64,000 nucleotides of DNA from Candidatus Taylorbacteria bacterium RIFCSPHIGHO2_01_FULL_46_22b (GTDB lineage: Bacteria > Patescibacteriota > Minisyncoccia > Phycocordibacterales > DSPV01): positions 4,910-68,909 of the forward strand of contig MHRF01000005.1 in assembly GCA_001820875.1 (NCBI GenBank). The letters are read 5' to 3'. The notes beneath the pieces are model-generated. The model searched no databases, had not been told where the DNA came from, and saw only the letters and a program-made list of their open reading frames with translations. The translations under genes were made by a program, and so were the position numbers. This document shows, piece by piece, positions 46,557 through 56,321 of this stretch (positions are counted from its first letter, which is position 1; every line of letters begins with the position of its first letter).

Positions 46557-47831
46557 ATGCGAATTGGTTTCTATTTTGAATGTTTCAAGAAATCGGGAGG
46601 CGTGTACCAAATTGCGCTCAATCATTTGGAAGTACTCCGCGGAATATCGAACCATGAGTTCGTTCTCTTCAACATTTCCCCTGATTTCCCATATGCCGAC
46701 TTCAAAAATCTCCCGAACTGGAAAATCATAGACACAGTGAAGTTTTCAAGTATCGAAGGACAAACGCAAAACAAGCAGGCTCCGAAAATGCGTCTTGATT
46801 ATCTCTTGAAACGCAAGTTGATCCTTTTCGTTATTGAAACACTCCGCTTCTTCCATCTCTACTGGCTTGAAAACTTCCTCGCAAGATTTAAAGCGAAAAA
46901 ACGTGCGAAAATCTTTGACGGACACAATTTGGATTTGCTGTTATTTCATGGCCCGGCGGAACTTTCTATTTATACAAAAATTCCGTCAGTCGTCATCATT
47001 CACGATCTCCACCACAAACTGACTCCTGAATTTCCAGAAATGTCTAAACTTGGACAATGGTCAAAACGCGAATATCTCTACAGTCATTTGGATAAAAACG
47101 CTTTCCGGATTTATGTAGACTCTGAAGTTGGCAAAGCTGACATTGTCCGCCTCTATGGAGTTGATCCGAAAAAAATAGTTCCCCTTCCTCCGCTTCCTCC
47201 TCCGTATATAAAAACCGAGGTCTCTGAAGAAGAGAAAAAAGAAGTGAAGCAGAAGTACGACTTGCCTGATAGATTTCTATTCTATCCTGCTCAATTCTGG
47301 CCGCACAAAAATCACTTTAATCTCGTAAAAGCAGTTAAGCTCCTCAAAGACAGAGGTGTAGTTGTTCCTTTGATCCTCGTCGGCTCAAGGCAAGAACTCT
47401 GGGGAGAATATGAGCGCGTGGTTGAACTAGTACAGACAAGCGGACTTGAAGGACAAGTAAAAATTCTTGGGTATGTCCCCATAGAAGACATGTCAGCACT
47501 CTATAAACTCGCAAGTGGTCTTGCGATGCCTATGTATGTCGGGTGGACATACGTCCCAATTGTGGAAGCATGGGCTATGGGGTGCCCGATAATTTATTCA
47601 ACTGCTCATGGGTGTCCCGAACAAGGAGGCGATGCAGCAATTTATGTGGATCCATACAAATCGGAAGATATCGCAGAGAAAATCAATCAGTTTTGGAACG
47701 ATAGTTCCCTTCGCGCGCAATTAGTGCAAAACGGCTACAAGAAACTCGCACTTTGGACGAAGAGCGATTTTGCCCGTACAATAAAGAAAACTATTAATGA
47801 CTTCGAGCAAGAAAGAAAACGTACCAGTTAA
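46557..47831 (+). CDS. glycosyltransferase family 4 (GT-B)
   Basis: YVPIVEAWAMGCPIIYS and an EX7E-like C-terminal region. Confidence 0.7.
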   Translation: MRIGFYFECFKKSGGVYQIALNHLEVLRGISNHEFVLFNISPDFPYADFKNLPNWKIIDTVKFSSIEGQTQNKQAPKMRLDYLLKRKLILFVIETLRFFHLYWLENFLARFKAKKRAKIFDGHNLDLLLFHGPAELSIYTKIPSVVIIHDLHHKLTPEFPEMSKLGQWSKREYLYSHLDKNAFRIYVDSEVGKADIVRLYGVDPKKIVPLPPLPPPYIKTEVSEEEKKEVKQKYDLPDRFLFYPAQFWPHKNHFNLVKAVKLLKDRGVVVPLILVGSRQELWGEYERVVELVQTSGLEGQVKILGYVPIEDMSALYKLASGLAMPMYVGWTYVPIVEAWAMGCPIIYSTAHGCPEQGGDAAIYVDPYKSEDIAEKINQFWNDSSLRAQLVQNGYKKLALWTKSDFARTIKKTINDFEQERKRTS

Positions 47832-48927
47832 CGAACCGCTTCTCTCAAAGGAAGCGGCAGCAAACGTAGCACAAGCCATGGAAAGCCGCTGGCTTTCTTC
47901 GCAAGGGCCGTTTGTAAAACAATTTGAAGAAGACTATGCAAAACGCTTCGGGGTCAAATACGCGGTCACTACCACAAGTGGAACAAGTGCTCTGCACCTC
48001 GCGCTTGCTGCACTCAACGTTGGAAAGGAAGACGAAGTAATTGTTCCTGCATTTACGATGGCCGCGGTCTGGCTTGCAGTCATGTATACCGGAGCCAAGC
48101 CTGTCTTTGTCGATTGCACACCAGATACTTACAACATTGATCCTACACAAATAGAATCAAAAATTTCTTCCCGCACCAAAGCAATTATCGTTGTTCATAT
48201 CTACGGACACAGCGCAGATATGGATCCTATACTTGCAATCGCCAAAAAAAACAAATTGAAAATCGTGGAGGATGCGGCGGAAGCGCATGGCGGTGAATAT
48301 AAAGGCCAGCTCTGTGGGACCATGGGCGATATCGGCACATTCAGCTTCATGGCAAACAAAATCATCACCACCGGCGAAGGAGGTATGACTATTACCAACA
48401 ACGAAGAGTACGCGGATCGCTTGCGCCGCTATAAAGATTTCTGCTACTCTCCGCAAAAACGTTTTATTCATACGGATGTGGGATACAACTACCGAATGGG
48501 TAACCTGCAAGCAGCAGTCGGATGCGGAGAACTTGCTAACCTTTCAAAATATATCGAGATAAAAGAGAAGATGGCAGAAAAATATGCAGGACTTTTAGGA
48601 AACATTGCTGGCTTGCGCCTTCCGATCACGCTCTCTGGAGTCAAAAATGTCTATTGGATGTACGCGATACTCATTGATGATCAAAAGTTTGGAATGAACA
48701 AAGATGCATTGCGTGCAACATTAAAAGAACGCGGCATCGATACGCGAGATTTCTTTTATCCGCCAGAAGAACAACCCTTCCTTATTGACCGAAACCTTGT
48801 TACCGAAAAATTTCCACAAACAGATTACGCGTCAAAACATGGCCTCTACCTTCCTTCAGGACTGGCAATCAGTGACGAACAAATTGAACGCGTAGCGGAA
48901 GAAATACGCGATATAGCAAAGAAATAA
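47797..48927 (+). CDS. DegT/DnrJ/EryC1/StrS-family sugar aminotransferase
   Basis: VPVNEPLL...TTSGTSALHLAL...AHGGEY...FSFMANKIITTGEGGM are PLP-dependent aminotransferase motifs. 35-nt overlap with the upstream gene. Confidence 0.8.
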   Translation: MTSSKKENVPVNEPLLSKEAAANVAQAMESRWLSSQGPFVKQFEEDYAKRFGVKYAVTTTSGTSALHLALAALNVGKEDEVIVPAFTMAAVWLAVMYTGAKPVFVDCTPDTYNIDPTQIESKISSRTKAIIVVHIYGHSADMDPILAIAKKNKLKIVEDAAEAHGGEYKGQLCGTMGDIGTFSFMANKIITTGEGGMTITNNEEYADRLRRYKDFCYSPQKRFIHTDVGYNYRMGNLQAAVGCGELANLSKYIEIKEKMAEKYAGLLGNIAGLRLPITLSGVKNVYWMYAILIDDQKFGMNKDALRATLKERGIDTRDFFYPPEEQPFLIDRNLVTEKFPQTDYASKHGLYLPSGLAISDEQIERVAEEIRDIAKK

Positions 48928-49751
48928 TGGGAAATCTAAAAAAGATATTGAGGGGTATAACACCTCCTCTATTAGTCTCTCTAGTCAATCGCGCAAAAAA
49001 CAAAGCGGAATACCGTGGTGACTACCAGATGTGGGAAAATGCCAAAGCAGATGCCACGGGATATGATGCCGTGGCTATATTCGAAAAAGTGAAAAACGCG
49101 CGAGTGAAAGTCATGCGCGGAGAAGCTTCGTATGAGCGAGACTCTCTCACCTTTAAAGATACTCCTCAATTTTGGCCGGTGATTGCTTCGTTGCTTTTTG
49201 CCGCATCAAAATCAAACAACTCCCTCAATATACTCGATTTCGGAGGATCTTTGGGTACGTCATATTTCCAAGTACAACCATTTCTCAAACATCTCTCGCG
49301 TGTACGATGGTCTATCGTCGAACAACCGAACTTTGTCGATTGGGGAAATCAAAATTTAGCGAACGAACAACTTACATTTTATAAATCAATCGATGAATGC
49401 TTAAAAAAAGAAACTCCTTCTGTCGCATTATTTTCAAGCTCTCTGCAATACGTACACAACCCACACGAGATACTGAATAAAATAACGAGTGCAAATCTCA
49501 ACTCGCTTATTTTTGATCGCACCACTTTCACTCAAAAAGAAAAAGATATTGTTGCCGTGCAACATATTCCTGATCGGGTATTTACCGGAGTACGCTTCCC
49601 TGTGTGGCTGTTCAGCAAAAGCTCGTTTGTCCGCAATCTACAAACTTCCTATGATCTCGTTACTGAATTTCCTTCAATTGGAAACCCCATCAGCACCGAG
49701 CAGGGTGCTGGAATGTGCATGGGAATGTTATTTGAAAAGAAAGACAACTAG
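48927..49751 (+). CDS. putative methyltransferase (TIGR04325-like)
   Basis: ILDFGGSLGTSYFQ and the overall size fit the family. Located in a glycan context. TAATG overlap upstream. Confidence 0.4.
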   Translation: MGNLKKILRGITPPLLVSLVNRAKNKAEYRGDYQMWENAKADATGYDAVAIFEKVKNARVKVMRGEASYERDSLTFKDTPQFWPVIASLLFAASKSNNSLNILDFGGSLGTSYFQVQPFLKHLSRVRWSIVEQPNFVDWGNQNLANEQLTFYKSIDECLKKETPSVALFSSSLQYVHNPHEILNKITSANLNSLIFDRTTFTQKEKDIVAVQHIPDRVFTGVRFPVWLFSKSSFVRNLQTSYDLVTEFPSIGNPISTEQGAGMCMGMLFEKKDN

Positions 49752-49962
49752 TCAATAAAGGATAGTCACACCAAACCAAGTTCTGAACCAAAAGGTATTT
49801 GCTTTGCAAGTCCTTTTGCCGGCGCACGGGGCGGAGTATTCAACCTTTTGTTGTCGGCGCACCACAAGAGTACACCTAAAGGGACTTCCCATTTTGTAAA
49901 CAAAATGAAGGTCGCTTCCGATTTCTACACTCGCTATGCTCGTAAGAAATCTAGGTCGCTCG

Positions 49963-50349
49963 CTAGTCAATTAGCTTTTCTTCTCCAGTCAGGCGCACCA
50001 CATCAGACTCAAAATTCTCTCCTTGCCGCGGACCGTGGGTACAACTAAGCATTTCAGCTTCTTCGAGCGCTTTAAACGCGTGTCGCGTACCCGCAGGATG
50101 CGTGACGACATCTCCTGCCACCAATATTGCTTCATCGATACTCCCTCCCTTTTCCTTTTGCTGACGGCATATCATTGATCCCTTCACGATATAGTCATGC
50201 TGAACCGTCTGATTGTGATAGTGATTGCCTCGGACCGCCCCTTTAGTAAAAGTTACGAGCGTAATCGCATCTACGGGAACACCGGTCAAAATATCTTTTA
50301 TGAAACCGCGCGCGTCGGTATGATTAATTTTTGTTTTTACGATGTTCAT
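49963..50349 (-). CDS. cupin-fold NDP-4-keto-6-deoxyhexose 3,4-ketoisomerase-like (FdtA/WxcM-like)
   Basis: RGNHYHNQTVQHDYIVKGSM and THPAGTRHAFKA parallel the FdtA His-containing cupin motifs (RGFHAHK..., WHEMH). Confidence 0.5.
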   Translation of the reverse strand: MNIVKTKINHTDARGFIKDILTGVPVDAITLVTFTKGAVRGNHYHNQTVQHDYIVKGSMICRQQKEKGGSIDEAILVAGDVVTHPAGTRHAFKALEEAEMLSCTHGPRQGENFESDVVRLTGEEKLID

Positions 50350-51415
50350 GGTGCATAACAGTATATAACACTTTTGCCACCTCCTCACCTAAGACTACCT
50401 GCGAAAGCTTGTTGATGAACGTTACCCGCGCAGCCGCACCGAGTCTTTCACGTAATGCGATATCCGATTGAAGCAACAAAATTTTCTCTTTTAAATCGAT
50501 GGGGTCGCTCGGTGTAACAAAGAGAACATTCTCTTTGTCTCTTAAAATCTCACGGTTACTTACTGAATCTCGTGTGATATACGGCATCCCAAGCGCGAGT
50601 GCTTCACTGGTCTTATGCTGAATTGTCCGATCAAGTCGTGAATTGGAACTAAATTGTCCGAGCAAAATATGAGCGGAGAGCATGCGCGTTCTCAAATCAT
50701 CCGGTTCAAGAAAAAGCGTATTGAGTGTTACATTCGTGAGGCTATTGCTTGTGATATATTCAGAAACTTTTGCCTGCAACTGTCCCCACCCACTAATCCA
50801 AAAATGTATCTGTTCGTCTTTTAATAATTTTGCCGCTTCAAGCACTACTTCAATTCCTGTCGCAGGAATAAGTATGCCCCGAAAAGCAACTGTAAAATCC
50901 GTTTTCTTTGTAACAGTTGCATCAGGATGAAACAGCGACTCACTCACCCCAGTATAGACTACGTGTAATTTGCGTCGCGGTGCAAAAAAAGTCCGTGCAA
51001 TAAATTCAAGCTGTGCCTGACTCTCTACCAACACTGCATCGGCTAATTGAAACGAGAGAAAGTCGACCGTCCACCAAAGAAATGCGCGAAACGAATATTT
51101 CGGATACATCCCACGATCAAGCACATAAGCTTCATAAGCAGACGCAAGCGCATTGTAGATTATCTTTTTGCGCGAGGAAAGAAATGAAACTACGACTGCC
51201 GCGGGACTTAAGTACCCCACCCAAATACAATCAGTTTCTTTTTCTTTTTGTACCAGCTGTCGGTGCAGATTCCAATACTTGGCAAGTCCTTTTTCTTGAT
51301 TAACGCATTCATCAAACACATGCCCGCGCGCTTTCAGCGCGTCAATATATACTTTGTCCCGAGCCGACGTCGGCAGATAAATACCTGTATAGAGTATGCG
51401 TAAGTTGCTATTCAT
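50324..51415 (-). CDS. glycosyltransferase family 4 (GT-B)
   Basis: GT-B C-terminal domain. Start taken at MNSNLRILYTG (51415), which overlaps the upstream stop by 8 nt. Confidence 0.6.
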   Translation of the reverse strand: MNSNLRILYTGIYLPTSARDKVYIDALKARGHVFDECVNQEKGLAKYWNLHRQLVQKEKETDCIWVGYLSPAAVVVSFLSSRKKIIYNALASAYEAYVLDRGMYPKYSFRAFLWWTVDFLSFQLADAVLVESQAQLEFIARTFFAPRRKLHVVYTGVSESLFHPDATVTKKTDFTVAFRGILIPATGIEVVLEAAKLLKDEQIHFWISGWGQLQAKVSEYITSNSLTNVTLNTLFLEPDDLRTRMLSAHILLGQFSSNSRLDRTIQHKTSEALALGMPYITRDSVSNREILRDKENVLFVTPSDPIDLKEKILLLQSDIALRERLGAAARVTFINKLSQVVLGEEVAKVLYTVMHHEHRKNKN

Positions 51416-52874
51416 CGCGTAAGGTAAAGATATCATATCCGTGCAATTGTTCCTCAAACGCATAGTGAGTATCGAGCACCGTCTTTGCTTCTGTGCGAAA
51501 CTTATCACTTCGACCGATAAAAACGGCGACATCAGGCAGTATATTTCCCAACAACGGATTAATACCGATCTGCGGTATCCCAACAATTTCTATCAGGCCT
51601 TCCCGTTGCGGATTTTTAACCAAAACGTATAAATCAGCGTTATTGATTATTGCAACCCGTTTTCCTACAAATCGATTATCAAGAATTTGAGCTGTTTTAA
51701 TTGCGTCTGATGACGTATAGATATCGGAAAAATAAATTAATTGCACTACCTGTACTACCGAAAACACCAGTAAAATGCCTGCGGTAAGAGACGCCACGCG
51801 GACACGTCCAAGCACTTTAACCTTTTTCTGGAAAAAATGTGTGGTGATAAATATCGCGTGAGGCAACACAAAAAGAATGAGGAGTTCTGCGATTAAGATA
51901 TACCGGAGCCAACCGGGGCTACGCAGATAATAGGCAAAAGCAATTACGCTATAGATAATGACAAAATCATAGAGAGAGGCGATCTGGGCGCGACGCGATA
52001 GGAAACGTGCCACAACTACGAGAAGAAACAAAACAAAAAAATACAAAAGGGTGGTGGATGAAAAAAACCCAGAAACATTCTGAATGACATTGGTCGAAAT
52101 GTCAGAACCGTATGGATTCTGGTAAAAAGACGAAATTGTATGGAAGAATTGGGGAGCAAACGGATTTACTCCTACAAACGGAAACCAGAGCAATGCCGCG
52201 GGCAACATTCCAACTGCAAGCTGGACAAAGCGCGGAAAGAAACGACGGGGGCGCAACAACAAAACAATAAAGAGAACGGGGAGCAATAGCCCGAACACTG
52301 ACGGTTTAGTAACCACCGCAAGTCCTAAAAATATTCCGGCAACCGCACATGATTTTTTCTCAAATAGAAAGTATAAACCGATCAGCAAGAAGAAAAATCC
52401 CGGGATTTCCCCTACCACAGTCCGGCCACTTCCATAAAACGACGCAAATGTCGCCACAAGCAAAAGCGAGAACAACACCAATTGCGGATCAAAGAAACGC
52501 CGGCCAACGAGATATAGTGCAACCAAAACTACAAGCATCCACCCGAGCATGTAAAGCCGCGCAAGAGAGAAACTGAATCCAAACAGATGAAACAAAACCC
52601 CAAGCGGTACGGTCACCGGATACCCAGTAGATTGCAACAGATATGAAAAACCAGTATGCCTCTCGGGTGCAAATTCAACATCAAGAAATCCGTCATCCGC
52701 AAAATTCTTTGCAAGTTCAATGCTTACCGATTCATCAGTCCAAATACGAGGTTTGGTCGTCAGTGTTGAAAGCGAATACCCTATGACAAACAGAAAAACC
52801 AAAGTACCGACAAATAACACAACGCGGTTTTTCCGCAAAAACGCTACAAAAGAGGGTTGAGTTTGTGCATTCAT
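51408..52874 (-). CDS. GT-C membrane glycosyltransferase (ArnT/PMT-like, GT83/GT39 family)
   Basis: More than 10 TM helices and a first periplasmic loop WTDESVSIELAKNFADDG carrying the DE..YAEIAREM-type motif of ArnT-like enzymes. Confidence 0.6.
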   Translation of the reverse strand: MNAQTQPSFVAFLRKNRVVLFVGTLVFLFVIGYSLSTLTTKPRIWTDESVSIELAKNFADDGFLDVEFAPERHTGFSYLLQSTGYPVTVPLGVLFHLFGFSFSLARLYMLGWMLVVLVALYLVGRRFFDPQLVLFSLLLVATFASFYGSGRTVVGEIPGFFFLLIGLYFLFEKKSCAVAGIFLGLAVVTKPSVFGLLLPVLFIVLLLRPRRFFPRFVQLAVGMLPAALLWFPFVGVNPFAPQFFHTISSFYQNPYGSDISTNVIQNVSGFFSSTTLLYFFVLFLLVVVARFLSRRAQIASLYDFVIIYSVIAFAYYLRSPGWLRYILIAELLILFVLPHAIFITTHFFQKKVKVLGRVRVASLTAGILLVFSVVQVVQLIYFSDIYTSSDAIKTAQILDNRFVGKRVAIINNADLYVLVKNPQREGLIEIVGIPQIGINPLLGNILPDVAVFIGRSDKFRTEAKTVLDTHYAFEEQLHGYDIFTLRDE

Positions 52875-52876
52875 AG

Positions 52877-53620
52877 TTAACCTCGTTTCTTGGTGAATTT
52901 GCGCCCCAAAAATTTGAGTGATTCCCAAACAGTTGTCAGGCCATAGCGAATACTTCGTGAAAGATTAATCGATGAAGCTTCTTTAAAGTAGCGCACAGGC
53001 ACTGGAATATCCCCGATAGAAAATCCGCGCTCAATAATGCCGAATAACATCTGAGTATCAAAAACAAAATCATCGGAAAAACCGGCGTAAGGAACTTGAG
53101 CAAGCACTTCCTTTCGGTACGCGCGCATGCCCGTATGCCACTCCGAGAGATTACGTCCGCTGATCACATTCTCCCAGAGCGTCAGCAAACGATTGGCAAT
53201 ATATTTATACCGAGGCATCCCTCCAGACAAAGCTTCCTGACGGCTTCTGATACGACTCCCCAGCATCACATCAAAATACCCGTCGCGGATAAATTCGACA
53301 AAATACTTTACGAGTTTCGGATCATATTGATAATCCGGATGCAACATCACCACAATATCAGCTCCGTGCTCAAGAGCTAATCGATAGCACGTCTTCTGAT
53401 TGCCTCCATACCCCAGATTTCTATCATGCCGGTAAATCGTAAATGGCTTGGATATTTTTTTCTTGAGTTCCTGCGCAACAAACATCGTGTCATCTCGACT
53501 GACATCGTCAACCAAGATAAATTCATGAACCGAATCTTCCGGAACGTCTCGTATCGTCTTTTCGAGGGTTGCGGCCGCATTATAGGCCGGCAATACCACA
53601 ATTACCTTTGATTTCTCCAT
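52877..53620 (-). CDS. polyprenol-phosphate glycosyltransferase (GT2; ArnC/GtrB/DPM1-like)
   Basis: VIVVLPAYNAAATLEKTI...ILVDDVSRDDT...NLGYGGN... shows the GT2 DPM1-like fold with a C-terminal amphipathic tail. Confidence 0.7.
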   Translation of the reverse strand: MEKSKVIVVLPAYNAAATLEKTIRDVPEDSVHEFILVDDVSRDDTMFVAQELKKKISKPFTIYRHDRNLGYGGNQKTCYRLALEHGADIVVMLHPDYQYDPKLVKYFVEFIRDGYFDVMLGSRIRSRQEALSGGMPRYKYIANRLLTLWENVISGRNLSEWHTGMRAYRKEVLAQVPYAGFSDDFVFDTQMLFGIIERGFSIGDIPVPVRYFKEASSINLSRSIRYGLTTVWESLKFLGRKFTKKRG

Positions 53621-53739
53621 AGAAACACTGAAATAAGTGACAGCACCACTGTATCGTAAAATCATAACCGACGCTACTTTTTTCTTGACTTACCATCCAA
53701 CGAGTGCAATCATAACTCGGCACATAGACCACTGCCTTC

Positions 53740-54777
53740 ATGAAGGAATTTCAGAATAAAACCATACTAGTATTCGGTGGAGCCGGCTTTATCGGTTCTA
53801 ATTTCATCCGCAAAATTGCAACTGAATCCCCCACAGCCCGAATCGTTAATTTTGACAAACTCACTTATTCTGGAAACCTTCAGAATCTTACTGACCTGAA
53901 AAATAAAAAAGGGTATGTATTCGTGCGGGGCGATATCGCCGACAAGCGGCTCGTTGACGAAACATTCAAAACATACAAGCCCTCCTATGTCATAAACTTT
54001 GCCGCAGAGACGCACGTAGACCGCAGTATCCATGTAGGCGCAAAGGAATTTATCTCCACAAATGTGCTTGGCGTATTTAATATACTCGAAGCAATCAAAA
54101 CTGCCCCGACAGTCAAAAAATACGTGCAGGTTTCGACCGATGAAGTCTATGGAAGCCTCCCGCTCGACTCAAAAGATAAGTTCCGCGAGACCACTGCATT
54201 TGCGCCAAATGTTCCGTACGCCGCCACTAAAGCTGCCGGAGACCATCTCTGTCATGCCTACTTCAATACGTGGAAAGTTCCCGTGGTAGTCACGCACTGT
54301 TCCAACAATTATGGACCATATCAATATCCCGAAAAACTAATTCCCTTCTTTATTACAAGAATGCTGGAGCACAAAAAACTTCCAGTCTATGGCGACGGGA
54401 AAAATGTCCGCGATTGGATTTTTGTCGAAGATCATTGTGCCGCACTGATACTCTGTCTCTCAAAAGGAGTTTCTGGACAGACATATAACATCGGCGCCGA
54501 TCAAGAAATGAGCAATCTCGATATTGCTGCCAAGATTCTCAAGAAATTCGGAAGGACCCGCTCGGATATCGAATTCGTAACCGATCGTCCGGGGCACGAT
54601 CGCCGCTACGCGATTGATCCCGCAAAAATAAAAGCCGAATTGGGATGGAAACCAGCATATACTTTTTCACAAGCGTTTGAACTCACGCTCGAATGGTACA
54701 TAGGCCACGAAAAGTGGATAAAAGATATACGAGTAAAAACAGGGTCGTTCAATCCTCATATCAAAACAAAGAAATAA
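53740..54777 (+). CDS. rfbB: dTDP-glucose 4,6-dehydratase
   Basis: ILVFGGAGFIGSNF...VSTDEVYG...YAATKAAGDHL is the canonical RmlB sequence. Confidence 0.9.
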   Translation: MKEFQNKTILVFGGAGFIGSNFIRKIATESPTARIVNFDKLTYSGNLQNLTDLKNKKGYVFVRGDIADKRLVDETFKTYKPSYVINFAAETHVDRSIHVGAKEFISTNVLGVFNILEAIKTAPTVKKYVQVSTDEVYGSLPLDSKDKFRETTAFAPNVPYAATKAAGDHLCHAYFNTWKVPVVVTHCSNNYGPYQYPEKLIPFFITRMLEHKKLPVYGDGKNVRDWIFVEDHCAALILCLSKGVSGQTYNIGADQEMSNLDIAAKILKKFGRTRSDIEFVTDRPGHDRRYAIDPAKIKAELGWKPAYTFSQAFELTLEWYIGHEKWIKDIRVKTGSFNPHIKTKK

Positions 54778-54778
54778 T

Positions 54779-55522
54779 ATGAAAGGCGTCATACTCGCGG
54801 GAGGCCTCGGCACACGGCTTCACCCGCTGACAAAAATCACCAATAAGCATCTCCTGCCAATCTATGACCGGCCGATGATTCTCTATGCGATAGACACGCT
54901 CAAAAAATCAGGACTTGAGGAAATCCTGATCGTCTGCGGACGCGAACATGCCGGACATTTTATGAATTTCTTGGGTTCCGGAAAAGAATACGGAGTCAAG
55001 CTCTCATACGCCCTGCAAGACAGAGATAACGGCGGAATTGCAGACGCGCTCTCCTACGCCGAGGATTTCTCGGACAAAGACAGTATCGCTGCGATTCTGG
55101 GAGATAACATCTTCCAATATGATTTTAAACAGGCAATTCAAAAATTTGAAGACGGTGCAAAGGCCTTTTTCAAACAAGTTAAAAACCCTCGGCGGTTTGG
55201 TGTTCCAGTCTTCAACACAGACAAGACAAAAATACTGAAAATCGAGGAGAAGCCCAAAAATCCGAAGTCAGACTTCGCCCAAGTAGGATTCTATCTGTAT
55301 GACCATTCAGTATTCGCGGCGATCAGAAAATTGAAACCGTCTGGGCGCGGAGAGCTTGAAATTACTGATGTGAATAATCTCTTTCTCAAACGAGGACAAT
55401 TGCATTTTGAATTTATCAAAGGGTTCTGGTCAGATGCAGGTACGGTTGAATCGCTCTTTGCCATCAGTACTCTCATCGCACGGCAAAAAACCAAAAAAAA
55501 GGAATCAAAGCGACATGACTAA
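54779..55522 (+). CDS. rfbA: glucose-1-phosphate thymidylyltransferase (short form)
   Basis: MKGVILAGGLGTRLHPLTKITNKHLLPIYDRPMI...GRGELEITD matches RmlA. Confidence 0.85.
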   Translation: MKGVILAGGLGTRLHPLTKITNKHLLPIYDRPMILYAIDTLKKSGLEEILIVCGREHAGHFMNFLGSGKEYGVKLSYALQDRDNGGIADALSYAEDFSDKDSIAAILGDNIFQYDFKQAIQKFEDGAKAFFKQVKNPRRFGVPVFNTDKTKILKIEEKPKNPKSDFAQVGFYLYDHSVFAAIRKLKPSGRGELEITDVNNLFLKRGQLHFEFIKGFWSDAGTVESLFAISTLIARQKTKKKESKRHD

Positions 55523-56321
55523 TCCCCCGAGAAAAATACTGGTATTGGGAAACGGCTGGATCGGAACAGAGATTGCGAAGTTCTTTTCTGCACAAACATC
55601 TGATATGCATCTCGAAACCGGCAGCGAACTTCCGGAATCCCTTTGGAAGGGAGTTAATGTCGTTATAAATGCAATCGCCAAAACAAACATAGACTGGTGT
55701 GAAAATCACAAACAAGAAGCTCTGCAATCTAATGCGATTGTTGCTACAGAACTTGCAAAGCAATGCCAGAAACGAAACATAACATACGTATTTATTTCTT
55801 CAGCCTGCATATTTGAAAGTAAAAACACGCGCGATATAAAATATGAGGATTCAGAACCAAAACCGCGCTGTTTCTATTCGGAAACAAAAGTCTTGGCGGA
55901 GAAATTGATACAAGAAGCGTATCCACAAACGCTGATCGTAAGAATTCGTCTACCACTGTCAGAAACTCCCCATCCCCGCAATACCGTCACAAAAATTCGC
56001 TCATACGAAGTATTAAGCAACCAGCAGGAATCTGTGACCGTGATCGAGGATATGCTTCCCGCACTTAAGAAACTGATCGACAAAAGAGCGCAGGGTATCT
56101 TTCATCTGATCAACAAAGGAACGGTCAGTCCTGCACAAATCGGAAAATCGCTCAAACACTCATTTAAAATTTGTTCAAAGAAAGAACTCGACGAAACACT
56201 TTGCAAAGCAAACCGAGCTCGGCGCGTCACCGTCTTCGCCAGCTCAAAGAAGACCTCTTTGCTTCCTGATATTAAAAAGAGACTCCCTGAAATTGCAAAA
56301 AAGTATCTCTCGCTGGCTTAA
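55515..56321 (+). CDS. rfbD: dTDP-4-dehydrorhamnose reductase-like (RmlD family)
   Basis: KILVLGNGWIGTEI, YSETKVLAEKL and size fit RmlD. Start set at MTNPPRK (8-nt overlap with rfbA). Confidence 0.6.
   Translation: MTNPPRKILVLGNGWIGTEIAKFFSAQTSDMHLETGSELPESLWKGVNVVINAIAKTNIDWCENHKQEALQSNAIVATELAKQCQKRNITYVFISSACIFESKNTRDIKYEDSEPKPRCFYSETKVLAEKLIQEAYPQTLIVRIRLPLSETPHPRNTVTKIRSYEVLSNQQESVTVIEDMLPALKKLIDKRAQGIFHLINKGTVSPAQIGKSLKHSFKICSKKELDETLCKANRARRVTVFASSKKTSLLPDIKKRLPEIAKKYLSLA

Noticed and set aside
49963-50388. Calling the cupin ORF rfbC (dTDP-4-dehydrorhamnose 3,5-epimerase) to complete rfbABCD
   Set aside because: At about 128 aa with the HYH/RH pattern it fits the FdtA/WxcM ketoisomerase subgroup better than RmlC (about 180 aa, different active-site motifs). 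It is left as FdtA-like; the rhamnose pathway therefore appears to lack a recognisable RmlC in this window.
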